The translations under genes and the position numbers were made by a program. Positions 28,611-39,085 of a stretch of DNA of 64,000 nucleotides are shown here, in pieces. Below the pieces are notes generated by a model. The model was not told where the DNA came from, made no database searches, and was given only the letters and a program-made list of their open reading frames with translations. This DNA is from Gemmatimonadales bacterium (GTDB lineage Bacteria > Gemmatimonadota > Gemmatimonadetes > Gemmatimonadales > GWC2-71-9): NCBI GenBank assembly GCA_035712285.1, contig DASTBA010000101.1, positions 3,686 to 67,685 of the forward strand, in the 5' to 3' direction. Within the stretch, counting starts at the first letter, position 1. Each line of letters starts with the position of its first letter.

Positions 28611-30862
28611 CGCCCCGGCGCGCCGGGCTGTGGTGTGTGCTGCTGTTCGAGGCCGGTCTCGCGACCGGCCTCTCGCATTTCTGGGGCCCGGCGTGCGTGA
28701 TCCTGCTGCTGGCGGCGATCGGGGCGGCTCACGCCGGCCTGCGGTTCGCATTGCTCGCGATGCTCATCGGCACGGGAGTGGGCCGGGCCGGGCAGCTGGC
28801 GAACGGGGAGAGCTGCGCGGCGCGCATGCCGGCCGGCAGGGTGCAGCTCACGGTGCGCCTGCACGAACCCGGCTCGACGAGCGGGCTCGTGGCCGTGCGC
28901 CCGGTGCACGCCGGGTGCCGCGGGCTCATCGCCATGCGGGTGACCGGGGCCGACTCGCTCCCAGCCGGGCGCGTGTTGCGCGTCGTGGGCGCGTGGCGCC
29001 CGCGCACCGGGCCGCTGCAGCATGCAGAGGGGATTCTCGTCGCCGCGCGTTTCGAAAGCCTGGCGGATGCGCCGGGGGTCGGTGAGCGCCTCCGCACGAG
29101 GGTCGCCCGTGCCAGTCGCCAGCTGTACGGACCGCGCGCCGCGCTGGTGGAGGCGCTGGTCCTGGGCTCGCGGGGCGCCCTGGATCCCGGTCTCAAGCAG
29201 GATTTCGCCGCCAGCGGACTCGTGCACCTGCTCAGCATCTCCGGCTTCCATGTGGGGCTCATCGTCGCATGGGCGGTACTCGGTGCGGGACTGGCGGGGC
29301 TCGACCGCTGCCGGGCGCTCTGGCTCGGCGCTCTCATCGGGGTGCTCTATGCCGGTTTTCTCGGCTGGCCCGCGCCGGCGACGCGCGCGGCGTTCCTGTG
29401 CGGCCTCGGCGCCCTCCAGCTGCAACGGCAGCGCCACGCCTCGCTTGGCGCATTGGTCTCCGTGACCTGCGTCCTGGTGACATTGGTGGATCCGTGGGCC
29501 ATCGTTTCCGTCGGCGCCTGGCTCTCCGTGCTGGCCCTGGCCGGTGCTGACTGGGCGGCACGATGGTGCGGACGCGCCGTGTCGGAGCGGTCAGCGGTGC
29601 GGCTGCTGGCGTCGTCGGTCGGCGCGACCGTGGCGACCGCGCCGGTCACGGCGGCGGTGTTCGGCACGGTGCCGATCATCGGCATCGCGCTCAACCTCGC
29701 GGCCATACCGCTGGCCGCCATCGCCGTGCCGGGCGTGGTGGCGAGTCTCGCATTGGCACCGGTGCTCCCGGCGCTTGCCGGCGCGCTGGCAGCCGGCGCC
29801 GGGCTCGGCCTGCACGGGCTGGAACTGCTGGCGCGCATCGGTGCACAGGTGCCGTTCGGCTGCCTGGTCGTGAGCCCGACCGTCTCGTCGGCCCTGATCT
29901 GGGGTGGCGTGCTCTTCACGGGGCGCTGGATGGCGGGGCGGTACGTGACCGCGCCGGTTGCGCTGCGCCGAGGCGCGCTGGCGGTGCTCGCCGCCTCGTG
30001 GATCGGTGCCGCGGCGGCGACACCGTGGCACGGCGGTGACGACACCGGAGCGCTCACGTTACATTTTCTCGATGTCGGGCAGGGAGACGGCGCGGCGATC
30101 CGCACACCAGGCGGCCATTGGGTCCTGGTGGACGCCGGCCCGCGTTCGGGGGCGACGGATGCCGGTCGCAGCGTCGTGGCCCCGTTTCTCGTGCGGGAAC
30201 GGGTCCGGCGCCTGGATGTCGTCGTCATCTCGCACGCGCACGCGGACCATGTCGGTGGGGCGGCGGCGGTGCTGGACCGGTTTCCTGCCGGCCTGGTCCT
30301 GGAGCCCGGCGAGCTCGTGGCCGATCCCGTCTATGGGGACTTTCTCTCCGCCGTCGCGGCGGATGGTGCGGAGTGGCGGCCTGCCCGGAAAGGGATGCGG
30401 TTCGAGGTGGACAGCGTCCGCTTCACGCTCGTCCATCCCGATACGGCGCTGGTGGACTGGGGCCTGGATCTCAACGAGGATTCGGCCATGCTGCTGGTCG
30501 AGTATCGCGGGTTCCGGGCGCTGCTGGCGGGTGACGCCGGTCTTGTCACTGAGGCCAGCCTTGCCGGCGCCATCGGGGCAGTTGACCTGCTGAAGGTCGG
30601 CCACCACGGGAGCCGGACCGCCACCGGGGATGCCTGGCTTGGCGAGCTGGCCCCTGCGGTGGGCATCGTGAGCGTCGGCGCCAATCGGTACGGGCATCCG
30701 AGCCCTGAGGCCCTGGCGCGACTTGTCCGGCACCGCGTCGCGGTCTGGCGCACCGACCGCGACGGCGCCATCACCGTGTCCACCGACGGACACCGCATGC
30801 GGGTGCGCGGCACCACGCGCGCCGCGGACTATGCCCTGCACCCCGAGGAGCCCGGGCCGTGA
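28607..30862 (+). CDS. comEC: DNA internalisation-related competence protein ComEC/Rec2
   Basis: 751 aa with a polytopic competence domain plus a C-terminal metallo-beta-lactamase domain ([13 protein letters not shown]). GTGA overlap with the ComFB gene. Confidence 0.88.
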   Translation: MTPRRAGLWCVLLFEAGLATGLSHFWGPACVILLLAAIGAAHAGLRFALLAMLIGTGVGRAGQLANGESCAARMPAGRVQLTVRLHEPGSTSGLVAVRPVHAGCRGLIAMRVTGADSLPAGRVLRVVGAWRPRTGPLQHAEGILVAARFESLADAPGVGERLRTRVARASRQLYGPRAALVEALVLGSRGALDPGLKQDFAASGLVHLLSISGFHVGLIVAWAVLGAGLAGLDRCRALWLGALIGVLYAGFLGWPAPATRAAFLCGLGALQLQRQRHASLGALVSVTCVLVTLVDPWAIVSVGAWLSVLALAGADWAARWCGRAVSERSAVRLLASSVGATVATAPVTAAVFGTVPIIGIALNLAAIPLAAIAVPGVVASLALAPVLPALAGALAAGAGLGLHGLELLARIGAQVPFGCLVVSPTVSSALIWGGVLFTGRWMAGRYVTAPVALRRGALAVLAASWIGAAAATPWHGGDDTGALTLHFLDVGQGDGAAIRTPGGHWVLVDAGPRSGATDAGRSVVAPFLVRERVRRLDVVVISHAHADHVGGAAAVLDRFPAGLVLEPGELVADPVYGDFLSAVAADGAEWRPARKGMRFEVDSVRFTLVHPDTALVDWGLDLNEDSAMLLVEYRGFRALLAGDAGLVTEASLAGAIGAVDLLKVGHHGSRTATGDAWLGELAPAVGIVSVGANRYGHPSPEALARLVRHRVAVWRTDRDGAITVSTDGHRMRVRGTTRAADYALHPEEPGP

Positions 30863-31905
30863 AAACTTCCGTCACGACGATCGAGCGCTTCATCTTCGAG
30901 CAGGAGGATCGCTACCCGGAAGCGACGGGCGAGCTCTCCAACCTGCTCTACGACATCGCCCTGGCGGCCAAGATGATCGCCGCGGCCATCCGGCGGGCCG
31001 GGCTGATGGACGTGCTCGGCAGCGCCGGCAGCGGGAATGTGCAGGGGGAGGAGCAGCAGAAGCTCGACGTGCTCGCCAACGAGATCCTGAAGAACTGCCT
31101 GAGCCACACCGGCCGGGTCTGCGTGATGTGTTCCGAGGAGGAGGGCGACATCATCCAGGTGCCGCCCCAGTACGAGGCCGGGAAGTATGCCGTGATGTTC
31201 GATCCGCTCGACGGCTCGTCGAATATCGATGTCAACGCCGCCGTCGGCACCATCTTCAGCGTCTACCGGCGCGTGAGCATGGAGGGGCGGGGCACGGTCG
31301 CCGACGTGCTCCAGGCCGGCTGCCACCAGGTGGCCGCCGGCTACGTGATGTACGGCTCCAGCACCATGATGGTCTACACCACCGGCCAGGGAGTGCACGG
31401 GTTCACCCTCGACCCCACGGTCGGGGAGTTCCTGCTGAGCCATCCCCGCATCGTGACGCCGCGGGTCGGCAAGTACTACAGCGTGAACGAGAGCAATTTC
31501 GCGCGCTGGGACCGGGCGATGCAGTACGTGGTGCGGGGCTTCCATGGCGACCGCCCCGACGAGATGCAAGGGAAGAATTCGCGGTACATCGGCTCGCTGG
31601 TGGCAGACTTCCACCGCAACCTGATCGCCGGGGGAATCTTCCTCTATCCTGCCGATGCCAAGAACCCTCGCGGCAAGCTGCGCCTGATCTACGAGGCGGC
31701 GCCCATGGCCTTCATTGCGGAGCAGGCGCAGGGCTCCGCCACCGACGGGATCTCCCGCATTCTCGACATCGTGCCCGCCGGCCTGCACCAGCGCGTGCCG
31801 CTGGTCATCGGCTCACGCGAAGACGTGGGCTATGTCGCCGACACGCTTCGCCGCCTCCGGATCGAGCCGCGGCCGGCGGGGCCGCTCGCCGCGCCGGTGC
31901 TGTGA
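30859..31905 (+). CDS. fbp: fructose-1,6-bisphosphatase class 1
   Basis: 348 aa. [11 protein letters not shown] metal site and [21 protein letters not shown]-like motif. Confidence 0.92.
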   Translation: MKTSVTTIERFIFEQEDRYPEATGELSNLLYDIALAAKMIAAAIRRAGLMDVLGSAGSGNVQGEEQQKLDVLANEILKNCLSHTGRVCVMCSEEEGDIIQVPPQYEAGKYAVMFDPLDGSSNIDVNAAVGTIFSVYRRVSMEGRGTVADVLQAGCHQVAAGYVMYGSSTMMVYTTGQGVHGFTLDPTVGEFLLSHPRIVTPRVGKYYSVNESNFARWDRAMQYVVRGFHGDRPDEMQGKNSRYIGSLVADFHRNLIAGGIFLYPADAKNPRGKLRLIYEAAPMAFIAEQAQGSATDGISRILDIVPAGLHQRVPLVIGSREDVGYVADTLRRLRIEPRPAGPLAAPVL

Positions 31906-33440
31906 AGACGGTCTTCGGCCCGGACGACTGGACCCGCGATCCGCGCGAGGCCCTGGGGGAGCCGGGCGCCTATCCCTTCACGCGCGGCATCTACCCTTCG
32001 ATGTACACCAGCCGCCTCTGGACCATGCGCCAGTATGCCGGCTTCGGGACGGCGGCGGAGACCAACCTGCGGTTCCGGCACCTCCTGGCCCAGGGGCAGA
32101 CCGGCCTCTCCACCGCCTTCGATCTCCCCACCCAGATGGGGTACGACTCCGATCACCCGATGGCCGCCGGCGAGGTGGGCCGGGTGGGCGTGGCGATCGA
32201 CACCGTGGACGATCTCGCGGATCTCTTCCGGGAGATTCCGCTGGACCAGGTCTCGACCTCGATGACGATCAACGCCACGGCGGCCATCCTGCTGGCGATG
32301 TACGTCGTGGTGGGCGAGGAACGGGGGGTGGACCGCCGGCGTCTCTCGGGGACGGTCCAGAATGACATTCTGAAGGAGTACATCGCGCGGGGCACCTATA
32401 TCTATCCGGCGCGGCCGTCGCTCCGCCTCATCGCCGACATCTTCCGCTTTGTCGGCGCCGAGGGGATGAACTTCAATCCCATCTCGATCAGCGGCTACCA
32501 CATGCGCGAGGCGGGCGCCACCGCGGTGCAGGAGATCGCCTTCACGCTCGCGAACGCGCTGGAGTACGTGCGCATCGCCGTGGACGCCGGGCTGGAAGTC
32601 GAGGCGTTCGCGCCCCGCCTCTCGTTCTTCTTCGCCAGCCACAACCACCTCTTCGAGGAAGCGGCGAAGTTCCGGGCCGCGCGGCGCCTCTGGGCCCATC
32701 TGCTTCGCGAACGGTACGGGGCATCGGATGCGGCATGCCGGCTCCGGTTCCACACCCAGACCGGTGGAGTGACGCTGCAGGCCCAGCAGCCGCTGAACAA
32801 TGTGGTGCGGGTGACGGTGCAGGCGCTGGCCGCGACGCTGGGTGGTACCCAGTCGTTGCACACCAACGGGTACGACGAGGCGCTGGCGCTGCCGTCCGAG
32901 GAATCCGCCGCCCTGGCGCTCCGGACCCAGCAGATCCTCGCCTGCGAGAGCGGTATCCCGGCCACGGTGGATCCGCTGGCGGGGAGCTACTATGTCGAGG
33001 CGCTGACGGACGGGCTGGAGCGTGATGCCCGCGAGCTGATCGGGCAGATCGATGCGATGGGCGGTGCCGCCGCGGCGATCGAACGGGGATTCTTCCAGAA
33101 GGCCATTGCCGACAGTGCCTGGCACCAGCAGCAGGCGCAGGAGTCGGGCGCGCAGGTGGTGGTGGGGGTGAACCGGTTCACCGATCAGTCGGCAACGGCG
33201 GAGATCGCCGTTCCCGATTTCTCGGCCCTCGAGGCCCGGCAACGGGAACGGCTCGCCCGCGCCCGGTCGGCCCGCAACCCGGGAGCGGTGCATGCAGCCT
33301 GTGAGGCACTGGCCGCCGCAGCGGCAACCGCTGATGCGCCGCTCATGCCGATCATCCTGGAGGTGGTGCGTGCGCGGGCCACCATTGGTGAGATCAGCGA
33401 CACCCTGCGCGGCGCCTGGGGCGAGTATCGTCCCGCTTGA
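31902..33440 (+). CDS. methylmalonyl-CoA mutase family protein, catalytic (TIM-barrel) chain without a B12-binding domain
   Basis: GTG 31902 overlaps the fbp stop. [24 protein letters not shown] and [14 protein letters not shown] motifs. 512 aa, ending before any DxHxxG cobalamin-binding module. Confidence 0.85.
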   Translation: MKTVFGPDDWTRDPREALGEPGAYPFTRGIYPSMYTSRLWTMRQYAGFGTAAETNLRFRHLLAQGQTGLSTAFDLPTQMGYDSDHPMAAGEVGRVGVAIDTVDDLADLFREIPLDQVSTSMTINATAAILLAMYVVVGEERGVDRRRLSGTVQNDILKEYIARGTYIYPARPSLRLIADIFRFVGAEGMNFNPISISGYHMREAGATAVQEIAFTLANALEYVRIAVDAGLEVEAFAPRLSFFFASHNHLFEEAAKFRAARRLWAHLLRERYGASDAACRLRFHTQTGGVTLQAQQPLNNVVRVTVQALAATLGGTQSLHTNGYDEALALPSEESAALALRTQQILACESGIPATVDPLAGSYYVEALTDGLERDARELIGQIDAMGGAAAAIERGFFQKAIADSAWHQQQAQESGAQVVVGVNRFTDQSATAEIAVPDFSALEARQRERLARARSARNPGAVHAACEALAAAAATADAPLMPIILEVVRARATIGEISDTLRGAWGEYRPA

Positions 33441-33506
33441 GCGGGTCTCTCCATCCAGCTAACTTCATAGGCTGTTTTCGGTTAGCATCGGAGGCCCGGA
33501 GAAGGC

Positions 33507-33812
33507 ATGCCCACGTACGAATACCGCTGTCCCAACGGACATCAGTTCGAGAAGCGCCAGAAGATTTCCGATCGGCCGGGAGCGAAGTGCCCGGTCTGCG
33601 GTGCTGCTGCGGTGCGCCAGATTTCGGGCGGAGCCGGGCTGGTTTTCAAGGGCAGCGGCTTCTACATCACCGATTACGGCAAGGACGGAAAGGGGCCGGC
33701 CAAACGGCCGCCTGAATCCCCGCCGGCGGACAAGCCCGCCACCGAGGCGAAGCCCGCTGCCAAGGCCGCATCCGCCGAGAAGCCCAAGCCGTCCTCCCGG
33801 GGCAGCGAGTGA
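33507..33812 (+). CDS. FmdB-family zinc-ribbon protein (CxxC-CxxC)
   Basis: MPTYEYRCPNGHQFE...KCPVCG followed by GSGFYITDY. Low-complexity Pro/Ala/Lys tail. GGAGAAGG precedes the ATG. Confidence 0.8.
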   Translation: MPTYEYRCPNGHQFEKRQKISDRPGAKCPVCGAAAVRQISGGAGLVFKGSGFYITDYGKDGKGPAKRPPESPPADKPATEAKPAAKAASAEKPKPSSRGSE

Positions 33813-35446
33813 GCGACGCCTTGCGGGAGGCCCTGCGGGCAGCTGCCCGGTCCCTCGGCGCGCCCGATGCCGAATTCGTGGTGGAGCGGCCGCGGGATGC
33901 CGGCCACGGCGACTGGGCCACCAATCTCGCCATGGTCGTGGCCCGGACCCGGCGCGTCAACCCGCGCGGTGTTGCGCAGGAGCTGCTGGACGCCCTGGCG
34001 CTGCCGCCCGGGCTGGTCTCCCGTGCCGAAATCGCCGGCCCCGGTTTCGTCAACTTCTGGCTCAGCGACAGCCACCTTGCCGATGAGCACGCGCGGATGC
34101 TGTCCGAGGGCCCCGCCTACGGGCGCGACACCGCGCGCACCGGCCAGCGCATCAATGTCGAGTTCGTTTCGGCCAACCCCACCGGTCCCCTGCACGTCGG
34201 CCATGGCCGCGGTGCGGCGCTGGGCGACGGCATCGCCGCCCTGCTGGAATGGGCCGGCGCGACCGTCACGCGCGAGTTCTACGTCAATGACGCGGGCGTG
34301 CAGATTGACCGCCTGGCGGAAAGCCTCTGGGCCCGCGTGCAGCAGGCGCGCGGCCGTACGGCCGGGATTCCCGAAGGCGGCTATCACGGGGAATACCTCG
34401 CGGAGAACGCGGAGACACTGCTCCAGCAGGAGGGACCGGGGTTCGCCGACCTCCCGGCGGCCGAGGGGGTGGCCCGCTGCCGGGCACTCGGCATGGCCAT
34501 GCAACGGGAAGAGCAGGACCGCGACTTGGCGGCGTTCGGTGTGCGCTTCGATGTCGTGAGTTCGGAACAGGCGCTGTATGACCGGGGTGACGTCGAACGG
34601 GTGCGGGCCGACCTCGCACGCCGCGGCCTCACCTTCGAGAAGGACGGCGCCCTCTGGTTCCGCACCAGCGACTTCGGCGACGACCAGGACCGGGTCCTTC
34701 GCAAGCAGGACGGGAGCTACACCTACTTCCTGCCGGACATCGCCTACCACGTCGAGAAATTCTCGCGCGGGTTCGACCGGCTGATCGACGTCTGGGGGGC
34801 GGACCACCACGGCTACGTGCCAAGGGTACGGGCCGCGCTTCGCGCCCTGGAGCACCCGGACCAGGCGTTTCATGTGGCGGTGGTGCAGCTGGTGAAGGTG
34901 GTCCGCGGCGGCGAGGAAGTGAAGATGTCCAAGCGCGCCGGCACCTTCATCACGCTCCGGGACCTGCTGGATGAGGTGGGTCCCGATGCGGCGCGCTACT
35001 TCTTCCTGATGCGGAAGGGGGATACGCCGCTCATCTTCGACGTCGAGCTGGCGCGCAAGCAGACCGACGAGAATCCGGTGTTCTACGTGCAGATGGCGCA
35101 CGCCCGACTGGCCGGCATCTTCCGCACCGCCGGCAAGACGCCTGAGGAGATCGGGGGGGCGCTCCGCCTGGACCAGCTGCCGGCCCCCCAGGACCTCGAA
35201 CTGCTGAAGAAGCTGGCGACGTTTCCCGAGACGGTGGCTCGCGCAGCCCAGGAGGAGGAGCCGCACCGGATCTGCGTCTTCCTCGAGGAGCTCGCCACGG
35301 TCGTGCATGGCTGGTATCACCATACCCGCACGGTCGGCGAGGCGCCGGAACTCGAGCGGAACCGGCTGCTGCTGGCGCGTGCCGCCCGCATCGTCCTCGC
35401 GAACGGTCTCACTCTCCTCGGCCTCACGGCCCCTGACCGGATGTGA
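33809..35446 (+). CDS. argS: arginine--tRNA ligase
   Basis: 545 aa. Class I HIGH (NPTGPLHVGHGRG), an MSKR-type KMSKS motif, and a DALR anticodon-binding C-terminus. Confidence 0.93.
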   Translation: MSDALREALRAAARSLGAPDAEFVVERPRDAGHGDWATNLAMVVARTRRVNPRGVAQELLDALALPPGLVSRAEIAGPGFVNFWLSDSHLADEHARMLSEGPAYGRDTARTGQRINVEFVSANPTGPLHVGHGRGAALGDGIAALLEWAGATVTREFYVNDAGVQIDRLAESLWARVQQARGRTAGIPEGGYHGEYLAENAETLLQQEGPGFADLPAAEGVARCRALGMAMQREEQDRDLAAFGVRFDVVSSEQALYDRGDVERVRADLARRGLTFEKDGALWFRTSDFGDDQDRVLRKQDGSYTYFLPDIAYHVEKFSRGFDRLIDVWGADHHGYVPRVRAALRALEHPDQAFHVAVVQLVKVVRGGEEVKMSKRAGTFITLRDLLDEVGPDAARYFFLMRKGDTPLIFDVELARKQTDENPVFYVQMAHARLAGIFRTAGKTPEEIGGALRLDQLPAPQDLELLKKLATFPETVARAAQEEEPHRICVFLEELATVVHGWYHHTRTVGEAPELERNRLLLARAARIVLANGLTLLGLTAPDRM

Positions 35447-35450
35447 CCTG

Positions 35451-36371
35451 ATGAGCCTGCTCGTGGTCGGCAGCGTGGCCCTGGATTCGGTGTACACCCC
35501 ATTCGGCGAGACCGCCGATGCGCTGGGCGGCTCGGCGGTGTACTTCAGCGTGGCCGGCTCGCTGCTCCATCCGGTGCAGGTCGTCGGCGTGGTCGGCGAC
35601 GACTACCCGATGCACGAGCTCGACCGCCTGGCGGCCCGCGGCATCGACTGGAGCGGGGTGGAGCGCGCCCCGGGCGAGAGTTTCCGCTGGAAGGGGAAGT
35701 ACTCCTACGATCTCCAGAGCCGGGAGACGCTCGAGACCCGCCTCGGCGTCTTCGCCAGCTTCCAGCCCAAGCTGCCGGCCAGCTCGCGCGACGCGCGCTT
35801 CGTGTTCCTGGGCAACATCGATCCCGAACTCCAGCTGGGCGTGCTGAGCCAGATCGCCGCACCGACGCTGGTGGCGTGCGACACGATGAATTACTGGATC
35901 CAGAGCAAGAAGCCGGTGCTCATGGAGCTGCTGCGCCGCGTGGACCTCCTGATGGTGAATGACGGAGAGGCGCGGGAACTGTCCGGCGACTGGAACATCC
36001 ACCGGGCTGGCCGCTGGATCCTGGCCCATGGGCCGAAGCGCGTCGTGATCAAGCAGGGGGAGTACGGCGCCCTGCTCATGGACGGGAAGCGCACCTTCTA
36101 TGCACCGGCCTACCCGCTGGAAGAGGTCTTCGACCCCACCGGCGCGGGCGACGCCTTCGCCGGCGGATTCATGGCGTACCTGGCGCAGAACGGCCGGGTG
36201 AGCGACGAATGCCTGCGGCGGGCGATGCTCTACGGGGCCACCATGGGGTCGTTTGCCGTGTCGCAGTTCGGGATTCGCGGCTTCGACGGACTGACCACCG
36301 CCGACGTGGAGCGCCGCGCGCGCGCCTTCCGCTCCCTCACGCAGGTCGAGCTGGCGGACGCCTCCGAATGA
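35451..36371 (+). CDS. PfkB-family carbohydrate/nucleoside kinase
   Basis: 306 aa. N-terminal VVGSVALD and C-terminal signature DPTGAGDAFAGGF. Confidence 0.8.
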   Translation: MSLLVVGSVALDSVYTPFGETADALGGSAVYFSVAGSLLHPVQVVGVVGDDYPMHELDRLAARGIDWSGVERAPGESFRWKGKYSYDLQSRETLETRLGVFASFQPKLPASSRDARFVFLGNIDPELQLGVLSQIAAPTLVACDTMNYWIQSKKPVLMELLRRVDLLMVNDGEARELSGDWNIHRAGRWILAHGPKRVVIKQGEYGALLMDGKRTFYAPAYPLEEVFDPTGAGDAFAGGFMAYLAQNGRVSDECLRRAMLYGATMGSFAVSQFGIRGFDGLTTADVERRARAFRSLTQVELADASE

Positions 36372-37393
36372 CCGGCCGCCGCCAGTACGCCGCCGCCGGC
36401 GTGGATCTCGATCGCGCCGAGGACGCCAAGGCCCGCATCGGCCGTGCGGTGGCTGGCACGCGTACCCCCCTGGCCCGCGGCCGCATCGGCGCCTTCGGCG
36501 GCATGGTCTCGGTGCCCGACGGATACCGGCGGCCGGTGCTCGTGATGAGCTCCGACGGCGTTGGTACCAAGGTGCTGGTGGCGCTGCAGGCCGGGCGGTT
36601 CGACACGGTGGGCGAGGACCTGGTCAATCACAGCGTGAACGACATCCTCGTGCATGGAGCGCGGCCACTCGCCTTCATGGATTACATCGCCGGCGCCGGT
36701 CTCGCGGTGGACATGCTGGCGGCGATCGTCGAGGGGGTGGCCCGCGGGTGCCGGGCGCACGGCATGGACCTCGCCGGCGGCGAAACGGCGCAGATGCCCG
36801 GGCTCTACCAGCCCGGGCACTTCGATCTCGCCGGCACGATCGTCGGCGTGGTGGAGGAGGATGCCGCGCTGCATGGGGACCGGATCGTGGCGGGTGATGT
36901 GCTGCTGGGCTATGCCTCGAGCGGCCTGCACACGAACGGGTACACGCTCGCGCGCCGGATCATCTTCGACCGGGCGAAACTGGCGCTCGACAGCGAGCTC
37001 CCCGGCACCGGCCAGTCGGTGGCCGAGGCCTTGCTCGCGGTGCATCGCAGCTACGTTGCGGCCGTCAGGCCGGTGCTCTCCGCCATGCACGGGCTCGCGC
37101 ACATCACCGGTGGCGGAATCGGTGGTAATCTGGTCCGGATGCTGCCTTCCGGGACGGCGGCCGAGATCGACGCCGCGGCGTGGACCTGGCCGCCGCTGTT
37201 CCGGTTTCTCCAGGAGACGGGGCAGGTGAGCACCGCCGAGATGCGGGAAGTCTTCAACCTCGGCGTCGGGATGGTGGCCGTCCTGCCGGCCGCGGCGGCA
37301 GGGGACGCGCAGGCGGCGGCACGATCGGCCGGCGTGGAGACGTGGGTGATGGGTTCCATCGCAGCCGGCGAACCATCGGTTGCGTTTGTGTGA
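36368..37393 (+). CDS. purM: phosphoribosylformylglycinamidine cyclo-ligase (AIR synthetase)
   Basis: 341 aa. YAAAGVDLD N-terminus, SDGVGTK and NDILVHGARPL motifs. Confidence 0.92.
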   Translation: MTGRRQYAAAGVDLDRAEDAKARIGRAVAGTRTPLARGRIGAFGGMVSVPDGYRRPVLVMSSDGVGTKVLVALQAGRFDTVGEDLVNHSVNDILVHGARPLAFMDYIAGAGLAVDMLAAIVEGVARGCRAHGMDLAGGETAQMPGLYQPGHFDLAGTIVGVVEEDAALHGDRIVAGDVLLGYASSGLHTNGYTLARRIIFDRAKLALDSELPGTGQSVAEALLAVHRSYVAAVRPVLSAMHGLAHITGGGIGGNLVRMLPSGTAAEIDAAAWTWPPLFRFLQETGQVSTAEMREVFNLGVGMVAVLPAAAAGDAQAAARSAGVETWVMGSIAAGEPSVAFV

Positions 37394-38466
37394 TGAACGA
37401 ACGCGAGGCGATGATCCGTGCTCTGAGCCTCGCGTGGCATGGCTGGGGACATGTGCCTCCGAACCCGATGGTCGGGGCGGTCATTCTCCGGGACGGCGAA
37501 ATCGTCGGCGAGGGCTGGCATGCCGAATTCGGCGGCCTGCATGCGGAAACCGCGGCGCTCGCACGGGCCGGCTCGGCGGCTCGTGGTGGCACGCTGGTCG
37601 TGACGCTCGAGCCCTGCGTGCATCATGGCAAGCAGCCGCCCTGCGTGGATGCCATCCTCCACGCCGGGGTTTCCCGCGTGGTCTACGCCCTCAGCGACCC
37701 GAATCCGGCGGCCCGGGGCGGCGCGGCTGCGTTGCGTCAGGGCGGCGTGACGGTGGAGGGAGGCCTTCTGGCCGGCGCGGCGGCGCAGCAGAATGCCGCC
37801 TTCGTGCACCGGTTCCAGGTGACGGACCGACCCTGGGTGGCGCTCAAGCTCGCTACCAGCGTTGACAGCCGGGTTGCAGACCATCAGGGGCGGTCCCGCT
37901 GGATTTCGGGCGAGCCGGCCCGCGCGTGGGTGCAGTGGCTTCGCGCCGGGTTCGACGCCATCCTGGTCGGTGCCACGACCGTGGCCGAGGATGATCCGTC
38001 GCTCACGGTGCGCGGCCCGGTGACGCCGCGTGTCGCTCCCGTCCGCATCGTCCTGGACGGTGCGCTTTCGGTTTCGGCGGAGAGCCGCCTGGTGCGCGAG
38101 CCGGGGCCCGCCGTCATCGTGCTGACCGCACCGGAGTGCGCCGGCAGCGAGAAGGCGGCGGCCCTCCGGGCGGCCGGGGTGGAAGTGCTCGGGCACCAGA
38201 GCGTTGCCGCGGCGCTGAAGACGCTTCGCGCCCGGGGCATCGAGCGGCTGCTGGTCGAAGGTGGCGGACGGACGGCGTCCGCATTCGTGGAGGCCGGGTG
38301 CGTGGACCGGTTCTATCGGGTTGAGAGTCCGGTGTGGCTGGGGAGCGATGGGCGTGACGCCTTTCCCGGCGTCGCGTCGCGCAACCTGGGTGACGCGCCG
38401 CGGTGGGCCGTCCTGGAACGCCGGGCCCTGGGAAGCGACACACTCGTCGTGATGGAGCCGGCCTGA
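37393..38466 (+). CDS. ribD: bifunctional diaminohydroxyphosphoribosylaminopyrimidine deaminase / 5-amino-6-(5-phosphoribosylamino)uracil reductase
   Basis: Deaminase motifs HAE...TLEPCVHHGKQPPC followed by a RibD_C reductase domain. The ATG shares one nucleotide with the purM TGA. Confidence 0.92.
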   Translation: MNEREAMIRALSLAWHGWGHVPPNPMVGAVILRDGEIVGEGWHAEFGGLHAETAALARAGSAARGGTLVVTLEPCVHHGKQPPCVDAILHAGVSRVVYALSDPNPAARGGAAALRQGGVTVEGGLLAGAAAQQNAAFVHRFQVTDRPWVALKLATSVDSRVADHQGRSRWISGEPARAWVQWLRAGFDAILVGATTVAEDDPSLTVRGPVTPRVAPVRIVLDGALSVSAESRLVREPGPAVIVLTAPECAGSEKAAALRAAGVEVLGHQSVAAALKTLRARGIERLLVEGGGRTASAFVEAGCVDRFYRVESPVWLGSDGRDAFPGVASRNLGDAPRWAVLERRALGSDTLVVMEPA

Positions 38467-39068
38467 TGTTCACCGGCATCGTGACGGGCATCGGACGCAT
38501 CGTGGCGAGTACTTCGCGGGCGGGCGGACGCGATCTCGTGATCGAGCACCCCTTCGGCGGGCTGCAACTGGGGGAGAGCATCGCGGTGGACGGCGTCTGC
38601 CTCACGGTCGAGGGCCAGGAACCAGGCCGCTTCCAGGCCCACGCGGTTGCCGCCACGCTGGCACGGACCCGCGTGGCGGACTATCTCCCGGAGACTCCGG
38701 TCAACCTGGAGCGCGCCCTCGAGGTGGGCGACCGGCTGGGTGGTCACCTGGTGCAGGGGCATGTGGACGGCATCGGACAGATCGCTGCCATCCGGCAGGA
38801 TGGGGACGGGCAGCTGATGGAGATCGTGATGCCCGCCGGCGTGGCCGAGGCCACGGTGCCGCAGGGCTCCATCACGGTGGATGGCGTGAGCCTCACGGTG
38901 AACGCGATCCTTCCGGGGAACACCGTCCGGGTGGCCCTCGTTCCCTATACCTTGCAGCATACGACCTTCGGCGGGCGGCGCACCGGCGACGCCGTGCATC
39001 TTGAGGCGGACACCATCGGCAAGTACGTGCGGGCACTGCTCGTGCCGCACGGGCGCGCACCGGCGTAA
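38466..39068 (+). CDS. ribE: riboflavin synthase (alpha chain)
   Basis: MFTGIV start and duplicated lumazine-binding repeats ([13 protein letters not shown] / [12 protein letters not shown]). Confidence 0.92.
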   Translation: MFTGIVTGIGRIVASTSRAGGRDLVIEHPFGGLQLGESIAVDGVCLTVEGQEPGRFQAHAVAATLARTRVADYLPETPVNLERALEVGDRLGGHLVQGHVDGIGQIAAIRQDGDGQLMEIVMPAGVAEATVPQGSITVDGVSLTVNAILPGNTVRVALVPYTLQHTTFGGRRTGDAVHLEADTIGKYVRALLVPHGRAPA

Positions 39069-39085
39069 TCCGGTCAGGGGCAGAC

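Noticed and set aside
33674-35497. 607-aa minus-strand ORF antisense to argS, and similar long antisense ORFs (2128-3903, 45803-47986, 9324-10505, 22807-24318, 26524-28140, 31830-33293, 47817-49136 and others)
   Set aside because: Each lies opposite a gene with clear family motifs. The translations have biased composition and no recognisable domains. They are high-GC shadow ORFs.
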